64,000 nucleotides of DNA. It comes from Octopus sinensis (lineage: Eukaryota). This document shows, piece after piece, positions 37,894-51,055 of this stretch. Location: the NCBI RefSeq assembly GCF_006345805.1, contig NC_043017.1, positions 17,918,001 to 17,982,000 on the forward strand. Reading direction: 5' to 3'. How positions within the stretch are numbered: position 1 is the first letter of the stretch; each line of letters begins with the position of its first letter. Under the pieces are notes generated by a model. It worked only from the letters and a program-made list of their open reading frames with translations. It did not search any database and was not told the origin of the DNA. The translations under genes were made by a program, and so were the position numbers.

Positions 37894-39871
37894 ATCTAGG
37901 ATGTGACAGTTAGAAAGAGACATGGAAAACTGCAGCAGTACAAGGCTGGTAGTATATTTATAAACCCTTAAATGATGAAAAGCAAAACTAACCTCTGCAG
38001 GAACTGAACTCAGAGAGCAAAGAGATGGAACAAATACTGCAAGGCTCACACACACACACACACTAGCATGCAAGTGTGTGTGTGTGTGAAATGGTGAAAT
38101 GATAAATACCTTGACTGAAAAAAAAGGGTGAACAACAAGAAGGGCATCTAACCATAGAAAGCCTGTCTCAATAAATTTCATCTAACCTGTGACAGCATGA
38201 AAATGGACATTAAAACACTGATGATGATGACAGAGTATGTATGTGCATGTGTGTGTGTATATATACATCATCATCATCATCATTTAGCATCCGCTTTCCA
38301 TGCTAGCATGGGTTGGACGGTTCAACTGGGGTCTGGGAGGCCAGAAGGCTGCACCAGGCCCAGTCTGCTCTGGCAATGTTTCTACAGCTGGATGCCCTTC
38401 CTAACGCCAACCACTCTGTGAGTGTACTGGGTGCTTTTTACGTGCCACCGGCATGGGGGCCAGGCGAGGCTGGCAACGGCCATGATCGGATGGTGCTTTT
38501 TATGTGCCACCAGCACAGGGGCCAGGCGAGGCTGGCAACGGCCATGATCAGATGGTGCTTTTTACGTGCGGAGAGATATGTTTAGTAAAAAAACAGGTGC
38601 AGTATGAAAAACCAATGGAATCTCAATTAGGTTCCAGTTTCTTCCAATATATTGTTCTGTTGAACCACATTTAATATACAGTTCCAGTTTTGTATGACAT
38701 GGATCAACACTACTATCCAAACTGATACTACTACTGCTACCACCACTACTGTGACAAGTACCAAACCACAACTACCACTGGTGGAAACCATGTCAGGAGT
38801 AGAAGCATGAACTGCTCTCATCACCAAAGTAAATAAATATAATGCCACCTCACTCCTCTTAGTGGTGACTAATGAACAAATGAGGTAAAAAGTAATCAGA
38901 CAGGGAGGAAAAAGTGGAACCAGAAATCTTTAAAATTCACAAAACAAAGCAAAAAGAATGAAGATGAAAACAATTTTTTTTTAAATTAGAGAATGAATAA
39001 AAAAACAAAACAAAAATTCAAATAAATAAACGGAAAAGATTGACAAAGAAAAATAAGAAAACAAAAGCCATTTCTTGATTTTGTAAACCAGACTGACCAC
39101 CACCACCATAGCCACTATCAGTACATGTACACAACTGCTTCCATTACTACCAACAACAGCAACAACAAGTGTTTTGCTGTAAGCTGGTTGTTAGCCAATC
39201 AAAGTCTTTAAGTGGAATCAATTATTGTAATGAAAGAAGAGATCAATAACTAAAATAAATAACGGCAAATATTGGCTGACATCCAAAAACAGGCAACAAA
39301 AACGAATGGAAAGACTTGGATAAACATTCTCTCAACATTTCTGTCTCTAACTCTCTGCTTCATTCTACAAGTCTCTCTCTATATCTATCTCTAAGACTTT
39401 GTTTCTCTCTCTCTCTCTCTCAGTAATTCTTCACAGATGTGGTGTGAGTGGGCAGAGTGGGAAGAGTGTGGAGAAGATAAAGTTAGGGGAAAAAAGATAT
39501 GGGGCCTGAGAAAGATGAAAAAAAAGGAAGAATGGAATGGAGTGTGGAAAGGAGAGGGTGAGATAAAAGAAAAGAGAAAGGGGGAAGGAAAGACAGAAGG
39601 GAGGAAGAGAAAGAGAACTGATGGAGAAGAGGAAGAGAAACATGAGCGAGAGGAGTAAAAGTGAGAAGGAAATGGACAGAAAGAGAAAGAAGGCGAGAGA
39701 GAAAAAAAAGAAAGAGGGAGACAGAGATGGGAAAAGGATGGGAGGAAGAAAAGGAGAAAGAGGGAAGAGGAAAGCGAGAAAGAAAGTTCTGTTTTGTATT
39801 TCAGTCCATTGTCCAGACAGGATGGAGGAGTGTTGGATGAGCAGAGTTAAATGGTATTGAAAATGATATAA

Positions 39872-41018
39872 GGCGGCGAGCTGGCAGAAACGTTAGCCAG
39901 GCGAAGTGCTTAGTAGTATTTCATCTTTCTTTACGTTCTGAGTTCGAATTCTGCCGAGGTCGACTTTGCCTTTCATCCTTTCGGGGTCGATTAAATAAGT
40001 ATCAGTTACGCACTGGAGTCGATATAATCGACTTAATCCATTTGTCTGTCCTTGTTTGTCCTCTCTGTGTTTAGCCCCTTGTGGGTAGTAAAGAAATAGG
40101 TATTTCGTCTGTTTTTATGTTCTGAGTTCAAATTCCGCCGAGGTTGACTTTGCATTTCATCCTTTCAGGGTCGATAAATTAAGTACCAGTTACGCACTGG
40201 GGTCGATATAATCGACTTAATCCATTTGTCTGTCCTTGTTTGTCCTCTCTGTGTTTAGCCCCTTGTGGGTAGTAAAGAAATAGGTATTTTGTCTGTTTTT
40301 ATGTTCTGAGTTCAAATTCCGCCGAGGTTGACTTTGCCTTTCATCCTTTCAGGGTCGATAAATTAAGTACCAGTTACGCACTGGGGTCGATATAATCGAC
40401 TTAATCCATTTGTCTGTCCTTGTTTGTCCTCTCTGTGTTTAGCCCCTTGTGGGTAGTAAAGAAATAGGTATTTCGTCTGTTTTTATGTTCTGAGTTCAAA
40501 TTCCGCCGAGGTTGACTTTGCATTTCATCCTTTCAGGGTCGATAAATTAAGTACCAGTTACGCACTGGGGTCGATATAATCGACTTAATCCATTTGTCTG
40601 TCCTTGTTTGTCCTCTCTGTGTTTAGCCCCTTGTGGGTAGTAAAGAAATAGGTATTTTGTCTGTTTTTATGTTCTGAGTTCAAATTCCGCCGAGGTTGAC
40701 TTTGCCTTTCATCCTTTCAGGGTCGATAAATTAAGTACCAGTTACGCACTGGGGTCGATATAATCGACTTAATCCATTTGTCTGTCCTTGTTTGTCCTCT
40801 CTGTGTTTAGCCCCTTGTGGGTAGTAAAGAAATAGGTATTTCGTCTGTTTTTATGTTCTGAGTTCAAATTCCGCCGAGGTTGACTTTGCATTTCATCCTT
40901 TCAGGGTCGATAAATTAAGTACCAGTTACGCACTGGGGTCGATATAATCGACTTAATCCATTTGTCTGTCCTTGTTTGTCCTCTCTGTGTTTAGCCCCTT
41001 GTGGGTAGTAAAGAAATA
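39872..41018 (+). repeat. SINE family A tandem array: one full copy plus five headless 184-bp units
   Basis: Tail ...gaaataggt recurs at 40101, 40285, 40469, 40653, 40837 and 41021; 16-bp TSD ggtattgaaaatgata at 39853-39868 and 41019-41034. Confidence 0.95.
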
Positions 41019-41089
41019 GGTATTGAAAATGATAATGATGATGGTGCCAACAGTGACAATGTGTGTTTTTGTGGAATATATAGATACAT

Positions 41090-41260
41090 GTGCACATATA
41101 TGTGTGCATGTAAAGAAGTTCTGATCTCTGATTGTGGAGGGAATTTGTGGAAAAGGAAGACCAAAGAAGACATGGAACAAAGTGGTGAAAAATGATCTTC
41201 TGATCTTGAGCCTCACAAAGATGATTTGCTGTTTGAGAAGACCCATTCAGCGAAGTAATC
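41090..41260 (+). mobile_element. RTE LINE C-terminal fragment
   Basis: VEGICGKGRPKKTWNKVVKNDL. Confidence 0.65.
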
Positions 41261-41620
41261 GAGGCCATGCAGGCATGTTGTTTATGTCCACATCCCTGAC
41301 CAGTCCTTTCCCCAACAACCTACCTTCTTAACATCTCCCCCATCCTTCCACCACTGTATTCTCTTCCCTCTTCTCTGTTTCCCATTTTCTCTTAGTACCC
41401 TTATGGATCTGTCTGCACACAATGTGTTCCTGTTGAACCTCCTCCCCACATCATAACTGCCTGACATCCCTTCCCTCTATTTGTGTCCGCTAGCTGTATT
41501 CCCTTCCCCTCTACCTCTCACTCTCCTTTCCATTATAGTAATGGATTATGTACTAAGGCATGCCTTAGTATATCATAGTATGCCTTATGTACTAAGGCAT
41601 GCTATGGTATGCCCTGCTAT

Positions 41621-41836
41621 GGTGGTGAGCTGGTAGAAACGTTAGCACGCCGGGCAAAATGCTTAGCGGTATTTCGTCTGCCGTTACGTTCTGAGTTCAA
41701 ATTCCGCCGAGGTCGACTTTGCCTTTAATCCTTTCGGGGTTGATAAATTATGTACCAGTTACGCACTGGGGTCGATATAATTGACTTAATCCGTTTGTCT
41801 GACCTTGTTTGGCCCCTTGTGGGTAGTAAAGAAATA
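41621..41836 (+). mobile_element. SINE family A
   Basis: Full copy; diverged TSD ggtatgccctgctat / ggtatgaccagatat. Confidence 0.9.
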
Positions 41837-42085
41837 GGTATGACCAGATATAACTCTCTGTCCCTACCAAGGTTCACATCATCAATCATTGTATCCCACT
41901 GAGCTCAACTTTGCAGATGATGTCACACTTGTCTCATACAATTACAAATGTTAGAAATCCTCAAACTCTCCTCACAAAACTGGAGTCAGCTGCCATTGAA
42001 GATGGACAAGCTATGAAAAACTTGGGAAGCATTGCAACTGTCACATAATCTAAAACTATACCTGTTTCATTCTATAATAAAATCT

Positions 42086-42297
42086 TATTTCTTTATTGCC
42101 CACAAGGGGCTAAACATAGAGAGGACAAACAAGGCCTGACAAAGGGATTAAGTCAATTACATTGACCTCAGTGCGTAACTGGTACTTAATTTATCGAACC
42201 CGAAAGGATGAAAGGCAAAGTCGACCTCGGCGGAATTTGAACTCAGAACATAGCAGCAGACAAAACACTGCTAAGCACTTCGCCCGGTTTGCTAACG
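42086..42297 (-). mobile_element. SINE family A, 5'-truncated
   Basis: Family A body and tail; TSD attctataataa(a/ga)atct at about 42069-42085 and 42298-42315. Confidence 0.85.
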
Positions 42298-42591
42298 ATT
42301 CTATAATAGAATCTGTTCTGCCCTACAGCCTTGAATGCTGGTCTCTTATGATGGCCCAACAGTGATCACTAGATGGCCCATACACTCAACTTCTGCACAA
42401 GACCTTTAATGTGTCTTGTGCTGATCATATGTCGAGCAAATCATTATATGGACCTTTACCACCAGCCAGCCAACCAATCAAACAAAGAAGGCTAAAATTC
42501 ACAGACCACTGTTTTCATCAAACAGTTCAAACTTCTAATAACCCAAGGGGCAAGTTCAAGTCTACTGAATGGGCTCACTATATGTGTGTGT

Positions 42592-42622
<31 letters not shown>

Positions 42623-42817
42623 CAAAATAAGAAAATGGAGGAATAGATTTCTTTCAACCATCAACTTCCAGATAATACCAATTCATATAATTTATTAACT
42701 AATTATTTATATTAAATAGGAACATCCAAATCCAACAGAATAATACAGAATTACTGGCAGTATATTGGATAAATGATATCTCATAGTGGGTTACACTCAT
42801 AACCCCTATCTCACTTT

Positions 42818-42870
<53 letters not shown>

Positions 42871-43939
42871 TTGTTTAATGTCTGTTTTCCATGCTGGCAT
42901 GAATTAGACAGTGTGATAGAAGCTGCCATACCGGGCTCCATTGGATGTTTTAGCATGGTTTCTACAGCTGGATACCCTTCCTAATGCCAACCAGAGTACA
43001 TAATATACTGGGTACTTTTAACATGGTATCAGCACCAGTGCTTTTTATGTGGAACCGTCACTGACAGGGTCACCAAGTACCTTGCAAGACAAAAAAGAGA
43101 GAACAGAAGAGAGAGTGATGACCTTTGGTGAGGTATTGGGTGAACTTACAACGGTATAATGAAGGGAACCGTTTTATAGTTGTGAAAGGGTGGTGGTGGT
43201 GATGGTGAGAGTAACATAGGAGGAGCAGGAGAAATGAAATGGAGGAGGTGCTAGCACATCATCTCAAAGTAACATGTCCAAGAAGTTGAAGAGAGTGTGG
43301 TGATAGGAGACCCAGGGAGAGTGAATGAAAGCTGTAATCTCTCCACTCCCCACTGAAACACCATGAACTGAAGGACAGAAGAATCTGTAGAAATAATTAA
43401 GACCCAGGAAGGAATTGATTTCTGTCTTCTTTTCATCTTGGCTCTTTTTCAAACGTTACTGTGAATTGCATTCTTGATTGCTCTTGGAAATAATTGCAAA
43501 TGATATTTATTCGTTAATCAGAACTGGATACACTGTCCTCATTAAATAATAAAAAAGACTGTCTAAAGAAACCAAAAACTCTTCCTCAATTCTTCTGACA
43601 ATAGCTTTGACTAATAATTACCATTATATCACCGTACAATTATTATCCAGATTTTCTGCATTTTGTTTCATCCTTTCTGTTACAATAATTTACAATTGAG
43701 AGCTGACATTATTTTCTCATTACTTTTCTAGTTAGAGTCATACTTTTACAGCTGGTCTCCACCTCTCTCTTCCCCACACTCTTTATCAAAAATTGCAATC
43801 AATTTAAACTTTCATTCATGGATAATATTATTTCATCTGTAAATCTCCCAGTGAAAATATTGAACTGCTCAGTTCTCTATCGTAAAAGAAGCTGATTGCA
43901 GTTACCACTCACATCAATAGTTGAAATTTATAAACTAGG

Positions 43940-45360
43940 GATATATGAATGGTGATGATGCTGAGAGAGTCGAAGGATATAGAAATCAGGATTAATCCAC
44001 CAGATGTAAAAGAGCCAAGAAGTAGAAAGCAGAAGCAGAGACTAATGACATCCTGTCTTCACTTGCACACTCAGATGTGGTGGGTGCAATGCAAATTCAT
44101 CAGAAGGGACTCGGCTTTAATGCAGATCAGTTCAGACCATTTGCAAGCATGAGGCAGAGTGAATGCAGATCTGTAGTTAGCAACAGCATCAAAGCAAGGG
44201 AAACAGAGAGAAGAGAGCTTCATTTCTTCCAATGCTCTTGTTGCAAGTAGCCATTTTAAAATAAAGCGCCAATTTGTGGTAGCTGGCAATATGATGTAAT
44301 GTCCTATTGCCAAAGAAATATTATTGTCGTTTTTTCCATTGGTTAATATAACTGCTCATATAAGGATTCTAAAAGTTACTTAAAGAATATTCGTATGGGA
44401 TTTCGATTCTTTAAAGTCAAATTGAGCAGTTATAAAAACCCTGGATTTTGGGAAAAACTTCAGTGTTTGTTGGATGTAACTAAACTCCATGACACTCACT
44501 CCTTTGAGACATTGGTGATTTTTCATGCCATGTCCAAGGAAAATCCAACAAGTCTTATTTGAATTGTTGTGATTCAATATTAGCTAGATTTATGAATTAG
44601 ATAGTAAAATATAAAGTCATAATTCTATACGACGAAAATTATCTTTCTTTCACCTGTATACTCTCAACAAGAACAGATGATAAAATGGGAGGAACATGAG
44701 GAAAATGATATATGCAGATGTGGAAAAGTTGGAACACTGAAACATATTCTTTCTGGTTGTTCACTGGCATTGAACAGATGTACATCAAGACACAATCTGG
44801 TCCTTAAGGTCATCTTCAATATTATAAAGAACCAAATTGCTCTCATCAACAGTGGCAAAAAAACCACTGAAAGAATCAACCAGAGATTTCATTACCTTTG
44901 TGCGCTCAGGACAGCAGATCTGTTTGAAGAAGAAGAAACTTCCTGTGAGCGATGAAAAGTTTCGCGGCAATTGGGAGGTGGCTGCAGATTTACTAGGGTG
45001 CCCTGGATTCTTTTCTATCCCAGTTATGAAGAAACCGGATATCATAATATGGTGTGAAAGAAAGAAAGTGGTAAATCTAGTCAAGTTAATGGTTCCTCAT
45101 GAAGATAACATGGACGCTACTCGCGCTCGAAAGATTGACTGTTATATAGACCTCTTCAAAGAATGTGAAGACACAAGCTGGAAAGCAGAGCAGTTTCCAA
45201 TCGCAGTCGGATGTAGAGAGTTTATTGGATACAGTGTAAGGCAACTATTGTTATCATTAAGCGTAACTCATCATAAAACAAATACCACTAAGAGTGATTT
45301 CCAAACTACAGTGGAAAAGCAAGCCACTGGATTTGATTAAAAAGACACAATGAGCAATGG
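43940..45360 (+). mobile_element. RLE-type non-LTR retrotransposon remnant (Hero-like), interrupted at about 44320-44680
   Basis: DVVGAMQ.HQKGLGF; CCHC knuckle CRCGKVGTLKHILSGC...RHNLVL; RLE KKPDIIIW...VPHEDNM...RKIDCY. Confidence 0.75.
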
Positions 45361-45405
45361 CTAAAAGAATATTGATGTAAATGTGATAACCAGTTGATAT
45401 GGTAA

Positions 45406-45636
45406 GGCGGCAAGCTGGCAGAAACGTTAGCACGCCAGGCGAAATGCGTAGTCGTATTTCGTCTGCCGTTACGTTCTCAGTTCAAATTCCGCCGAGGTTG
45501 ACTTTGCCTTTCATCCTTTCATGGTCGATAAATTAAGTACCAGTTACACACTGGGGTCGATGTAATCGACTTAATCCGTTTGTCTGTCCTTGTTTGTCCC
45601 CTCTATGTTTAGCCCCTTGTGGGTAATAAAGAAACA
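45406..45636 (+). mobile_element. SINE family A
   Basis: Full copy; TSD gatatggta at 45396-45404 and 45637-45645. Confidence 0.9.
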
Positions 45637-46326
45637 GATATGGTAGGGAAGGCCTCGTTTCAGTGAGTAGGGGCCAGTGCATAATGATGCCATTGAGAGG
45701 TAGGCCCTAAAATGGCACACATTCTCTTCTGCTGACCCCATAAACTTGCTGGGCATCCAGTATGCAGAGCTTTCATCTGGTAGCACTTGCATCTATAAGT
45801 TGTTTGCAAAACATCTAACTAAAATTCTGGATAACAACAAAATATAATTGTGTGTTGAAGACTAAAAATTCTTATCAAAGGAAAATGTTAAATCCAAATC
45901 AATTGAAGATAAAAAAATGTAACAAAAATACTTTCCAGTTGACAAGACAGACATTTCCAACATGCTTACATCAAAACATAAGTGACATGAAAATCCAGAC
46001 CGCAGTTCAATAAAAAGTATCTAATATACTGTTGTAATCCAATGTTGCTGTTACCACATCCACACACTGGTATAGCAGTTTAGTTAGTTAAACAAGTAAA
46101 TACACAACTACACTCTCGGAGTGGTTGGCGTTAGGAAGGGCATCCAACTGTAGAAACTTTACACACACATGACAGGCTTCTATTATCAGCTTCCGTCTAC
46201 CAAATCCACTCACAAGGCTTTGGTCGGCCCGAGGCTATAGTAGAAGACACTTGCCCAATGGGATTGGGCCGAAACCATGTGATTTGGGAGCGAGCTTCAT
46301 ATCACACAGCCACAACTGCACCTATT

Positions 46327-46359
<33 letters not shown>

Positions 46360-47763
46360 ATGTATGTATATCAATTACTTTATAATCAGCTCATCCTCAT
46401 CCCCAATGTATGTGTTTTACTTGTTCACTGGTTTGCTGTGGTACTGTGCTCTGGGCACCACTCCTTCATACCACTGATAGCCATCAAAAAGCAAGACGGC
46501 ACACACCCCCAGTCCCATCCAGGAGTGATGGATACCAATATTTTGTGGCTTATCAACATCACAGTTATTTCCATGTCCATGGAAGGCTGAAGGGCAATGT
46601 TGGCCTCAGTGAAATTTTAATTGAAAACAAAGTAACTCTTCAAATACGAACAAGTTATTTTGTCTGTCATGGCATCATACCAATGTCTACCAACAGAAAA
46701 AGGCTGGAAATTTTAAAAGAGGCAGAGAGATACAGAAAGTTGATTAAAATGACCTTAGTACATAATGATTTTATTAAAGGCAAGAAAGTGGCTTCCATGA
46801 GCTCACTTAGCTTGCTATTCATAGCAGCCAAATCTTATCACAACTTAGCATCCTTATCCGTGCTGGTGGCACGTCCATGCTGGTGTCACGTAAAAAGCAC
46901 CAATCCGATCATGGCCATTGCCAGCCTCACCTGGCACGTAAAAAGCACCCACTACACTCACAGAGTGGTTGGCGTTAGGAAGGGCATCCAGCTGTAGAAT
47001 CACTGCCAGATCAGACTGGGGCCTGGTGCAGCCTTCTGGCTTCCCAGATCCCAGTTGAACCGTCCAACCCATGCTAGCATGGAAAACAGACGTTAAACAA
47101 TGATGATGATGATGATGATAAGAGAGGGAAGGACACCTTAGAAAATGTAGTCCTAGAAATATCTTAGTAGATGGTATGGTCATGGTTGAAGTGTGTTTGT
47201 TCCAAGGGTTTCCTTACTGAGAACTGATTTGGAGCTAGACAACAACAGCAACAATACCAACACTTCCACCACCACTGCTAACAGTAACGACGACGACTGG
47301 TTATTGACATTATTGATCCGAGAGAGATGAAAGGCAAAGTCGATCACTCTCAGCAAGATCTCAACACAAAATGTAACAGGAAGTAATTAAATACTGCAAA
47401 ACAATTTTGGTCATCATGCTTCCACACTAACAGCAACATTGATGATCGATGGTGATAATAATGATGATGATGATGATGACAATGATTATTTTTCCTGCTC
47501 ATCTTTTACTGTAATAATGTCACTGGGCAGAATCCCAACAGAAATCATTTCAAATAACATCCAGAATAAAAAAAAATATTTTAAGAATTACGACAAATGA
47601 TGAAAATAATTCTCTTTCTATTCTCTTCTCTTTTGACTTTATATATATGACTGAGTATGTATATATAATATATGTGCATGTTTGTGTGTGTGTACACATA
47701 TGCACACACATATATCAACATCACTACCATCACCATATACATATATATGTATCTATATATGTG

Positions 47764-49030
47764 TATATAGTCAGTAAAGTCATGGAGCGCATTGTCAGGA
47801 AAAGACTGATTGAGTTCCTTAAGGACAATGACCTGCTCTCTGACACCCAACATGGCTTTCACTCGGGAAGGAGCTGTCTTACAGAGCTTCTGTGACACTA
47901 TGACTGACTGGGTATTGAAGCAATTAATGAACTGTTCAAAGGTGGATGTGGTATACCTCGACTTTGCGAAGGCATTTGACAAGGTCGACCATGGAATGAT
48001 ATGCCACAAAATACGGGGACTCGGCATCACCGATAAAGTTGGAGAGTGGTTGCATGATTTCCTAAAGGACGGGAGCCAAACTGTGCCAGTCAATGGAGCT
48101 CTCTCCACAGAGACACCAGTAGTGAGTGGAGTTCCCCAGGGCACTGTGCTGGGGCCACTGCTTTTCATGGTATCCCTATCGGATATGCCATCAGTGACAG
48201 AGGTAACCATGCTTACCAACTATGCCGACAACACAAAAGTTGCACAGTCAGTCAAGGAAACCTCTGATGCTACACTCTTACAGAAAGCTCTAGATGCCAT
48301 CTATACATCGGCTGAGGATCACAACATGCAATTTAATGCAAGTAAATTCCAAGCCCTCTGCTACCAGTTGAGCACTGCTCAGGAATCACGACATCAGTAC
48401 ATTGGACCAAGTGGAGCAACGATCCCAGAATCAAATACAGTGCATGATCTTGGTATAGAAATGAGCTACAATGCCTCATTTCACACACATATCAATAAAA
48501 TGTTGGCCGTATACAGAAGACCAAGACACTATGATGAGACTATGGAAGTCATTTATCCTCAGCCAACTGGACTACTGCTCTCAGCTATGGTCACCTTATA
48601 CAACAAGGATGATAGCAGAGCTTGAAGCAGTCCAACAACATTACACAAAGAAAATTGCATCAATGAAACGATTGAGCTACTGGAACAGATTGAAAGAGCT
48701 GCGACTCTATTCCTTGGCATGAAGGCCAGAGAGGTATGCAGTGATATATATATGAAAGGTACTGGAAGGACTGGTACCAAACTTTGGAATAAAGAGCTAT
48801 AGAAGAGCACAAACAGGGCGTCACTGTGCTGTCCCCACTGTGCCGACTGCTTCATCTCGGGCACGGATGATATACTGCAATAGCTTGGATTTCAAGGGCC
48901 CACAGCTGTTTAACTGTCTGCTGAAGCATCTGAGGAGCCTCCATGGAGTGGATGTAGATGTTTTCAAACATAATCTTGACCTCTGGCTCGCCAAGATCCC
49001 AGATGAGCCAATATCTAGGCAAGAAACTCA
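47764..49030 (+). mobile_element. CR1-clade LINE RT and 3' region, decayed
   Basis: SKVMERIV...QHGFHSGRSCLTELL; VVYLDFAKAFDKVDH; GVPQGTVLGPLLF; YADN (YxDD variant). Confidence 0.9.
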
Positions 49031-49221
49031 AAAAGGGTAGTAACATCGAATTCCATCCTTCCCCAAAAAGCCGCTCCGACAAAGGGTGAAAGTGGAAAGA
49101 TGATCACAATGGTGGTGCTCCAGCATGGCCACAGTCATTGGACTGAAACATATAAAAGAATAATATCTATATATATAGATGTATATATACATATGTATAT
49201 ACAGACATGAATATATATATA

Positions 49222-49610
49222 CTCTTTTACTCTTTTACTTGTTTCAGTCATTTGACTGCGGCCATGCTGAAGCACCGCCTTTAATCGGGACTTATTCTTT
49301 GTAAGCCCAATACTTATTCTATCGGTCTCTTTTGCCGAACCACTAAGTAATGGGGACATAAACACACCAGCATCGGTTGTCAAGCAATGCTAGGGGACAA
49401 ATACAGACACAAACACACACACGCATATATATATATATACATATATACGACGGGCTTCTTTCAGTTTCCATCTACCAAATCCACTCACAAGGCATTGGTC
49501 GACCCGAGGCTATAGTAGAAGACACTTGCCCAAGGTGCCACGCAGTGGGACTGAACCCGGAGCCATGTGGTTGGTAGACAAGCTACTTACCACACAGCCA
49601 CTCCTGTGCC
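49222..49610 (-). mobile_element. SINE family B, full length
   Basis: Head, CORE-like ttgggcaagtgtcttctactatagcc, (TA)n and tail. Confidence 0.88.
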
Positions 49611-49902
49611 TACAAATATATATACATATCTCTATATATATACGTACATATATACACAGTCAGTCAAGGAAACCTCTGATGCTATGCTCTTACAGAAAGA
49701 TCTAGATGCCATCTATATATGGGCTGAGGATAACAACATGCAATTTAATGCAAGTAAATTCCAGGCCCTCCGCTACAAGTTGAACACTACTCAGGAATCA
49801 CGACATCAGTATATATTTATATATATATATATATAAGAATTTTTTTGCGTAATAAGATAAAAAGCCAAGGCTGTATAGATATTAGAGCATTTATAGATAG
49901 AA

Positions 49903-49955
49903 GGTCTTACAGCTGTTTCTAGGATATTAATTAATAATATCCCTTCATTGGAAAC
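49903..49955 (-). ncRNA. Degenerate hammerhead ribozyme
   Basis: CAATGA A G GGATATT..AATATCC TA GAAA C AGCT G TA AGACC; 5' core and stem I decayed. Confidence 0.4.
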
Positions 49956-50676
49956 AGTGTGAAACGAAAATTAAGTCATAGTTAGTTTCGATGTGATACA
50001 AAATAGAGAGTGAGGTGGAGGAAAGAAAATAGATGTATGATATATATGGGTGTTGAAGTTGTAAATCCGCTTTATAGGCATAATGGTATATATGCAATAT
50101 TCCAATATCCTTTGAGTAAAATCAAAAAGTCCAATAGAGTTTAATATGAGTCCTTCCAAACATAGAGTTTATGAGCAATGTAAGATTCCCTTATGAGTGA
50201 GATCCAGCAGATTTTTAAACTTGGTCATTCCCAGTAGGGAATTTATATAGTGTTGCAAAGTCAAGGTTTATATTTAAAATGACCTAGAAATAGGGAGTGT
50301 ATTAGTAAGGTTAAATTGAAAGCAGGAAGAGAGGAATGAAATAAAGAGAAAAAAGAGGAGAGAAAGAAAAAAATGAAAGAAAGGAGAGAGAAGATTAGTA
50401 AAAATAACAAAATAACAAAAAAAAAGCTGAAGATAGGAATAAAGAAAAAACAAAAAACAAAAATTCTGATATAGATCAATCAGTGGTCAGTAAAAATAAT
50501 TTGAAAGTAGGAGTGGAGATAGAGAGAGAAAGGTATTATAGTGTAAAAGATAGAGGAATGGTGGGTTAAGAGGTAAAGGAATGACCAATGTGTAATAGTA
50601 GAGTCTAATTGTAGAGCAAAGATATGAAGAATTAAGAACATAGCAGTTCAGTGCTTAGTAATCTGAGAAAATATGT

Positions 50677-51055
50677 GGAGTGGCTGTGTGGTAAGTAGCT
50701 TGCTTACCAACCACATGGTTCCGGGTTCAGTCCCACTGCGTGGCATCTTGGGCAAGTGTCTTCTGCTAAAGCCCCAGGCCGACCAATGCCTTGTGAGTGG
50801 ATTTGGTAGACGGAAACTGAAAGAAGCCTGTCGTATATATATATATATATATATGTATGTGTTTGTCTCCCTAGCATTGCTTGACAACCGATGCTGGTGT
50901 GTTTACGTCCCCGTCACTTAGCAGTTTGGCAAAAGAGACCAATAGAATAAGTACTGGGCTTACAAAGAATAAGTCCTGGTGTCGATTTGCTCGACAAAAG
51001 GCGGTGCTCCAGCATGGCCGCAGTCAAATGACTGAAACAAGTAAGAGAGAAAGAG
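50677..51055 (+). mobile_element. SINE family B, full length
   Basis: GGAGTGGCTGTGTGGTAAG...GGTTCAGTCCC head, CORE-like middle, tail ending gaaacaagtaagagag. Confidence 0.9.

Noticed and set aside
39872-41018. CRISPR-like periodic array
   Set aside because: Units are near-identical 184-bp SINE pieces with no unique spacers, no cas genes, and a eukaryotic context.
41551-41570. 20-bp perfect palindrome tactaaggcatgccttagta
   Set aside because: Short and beside local duplications at a SINE insertion; likely repair debris.
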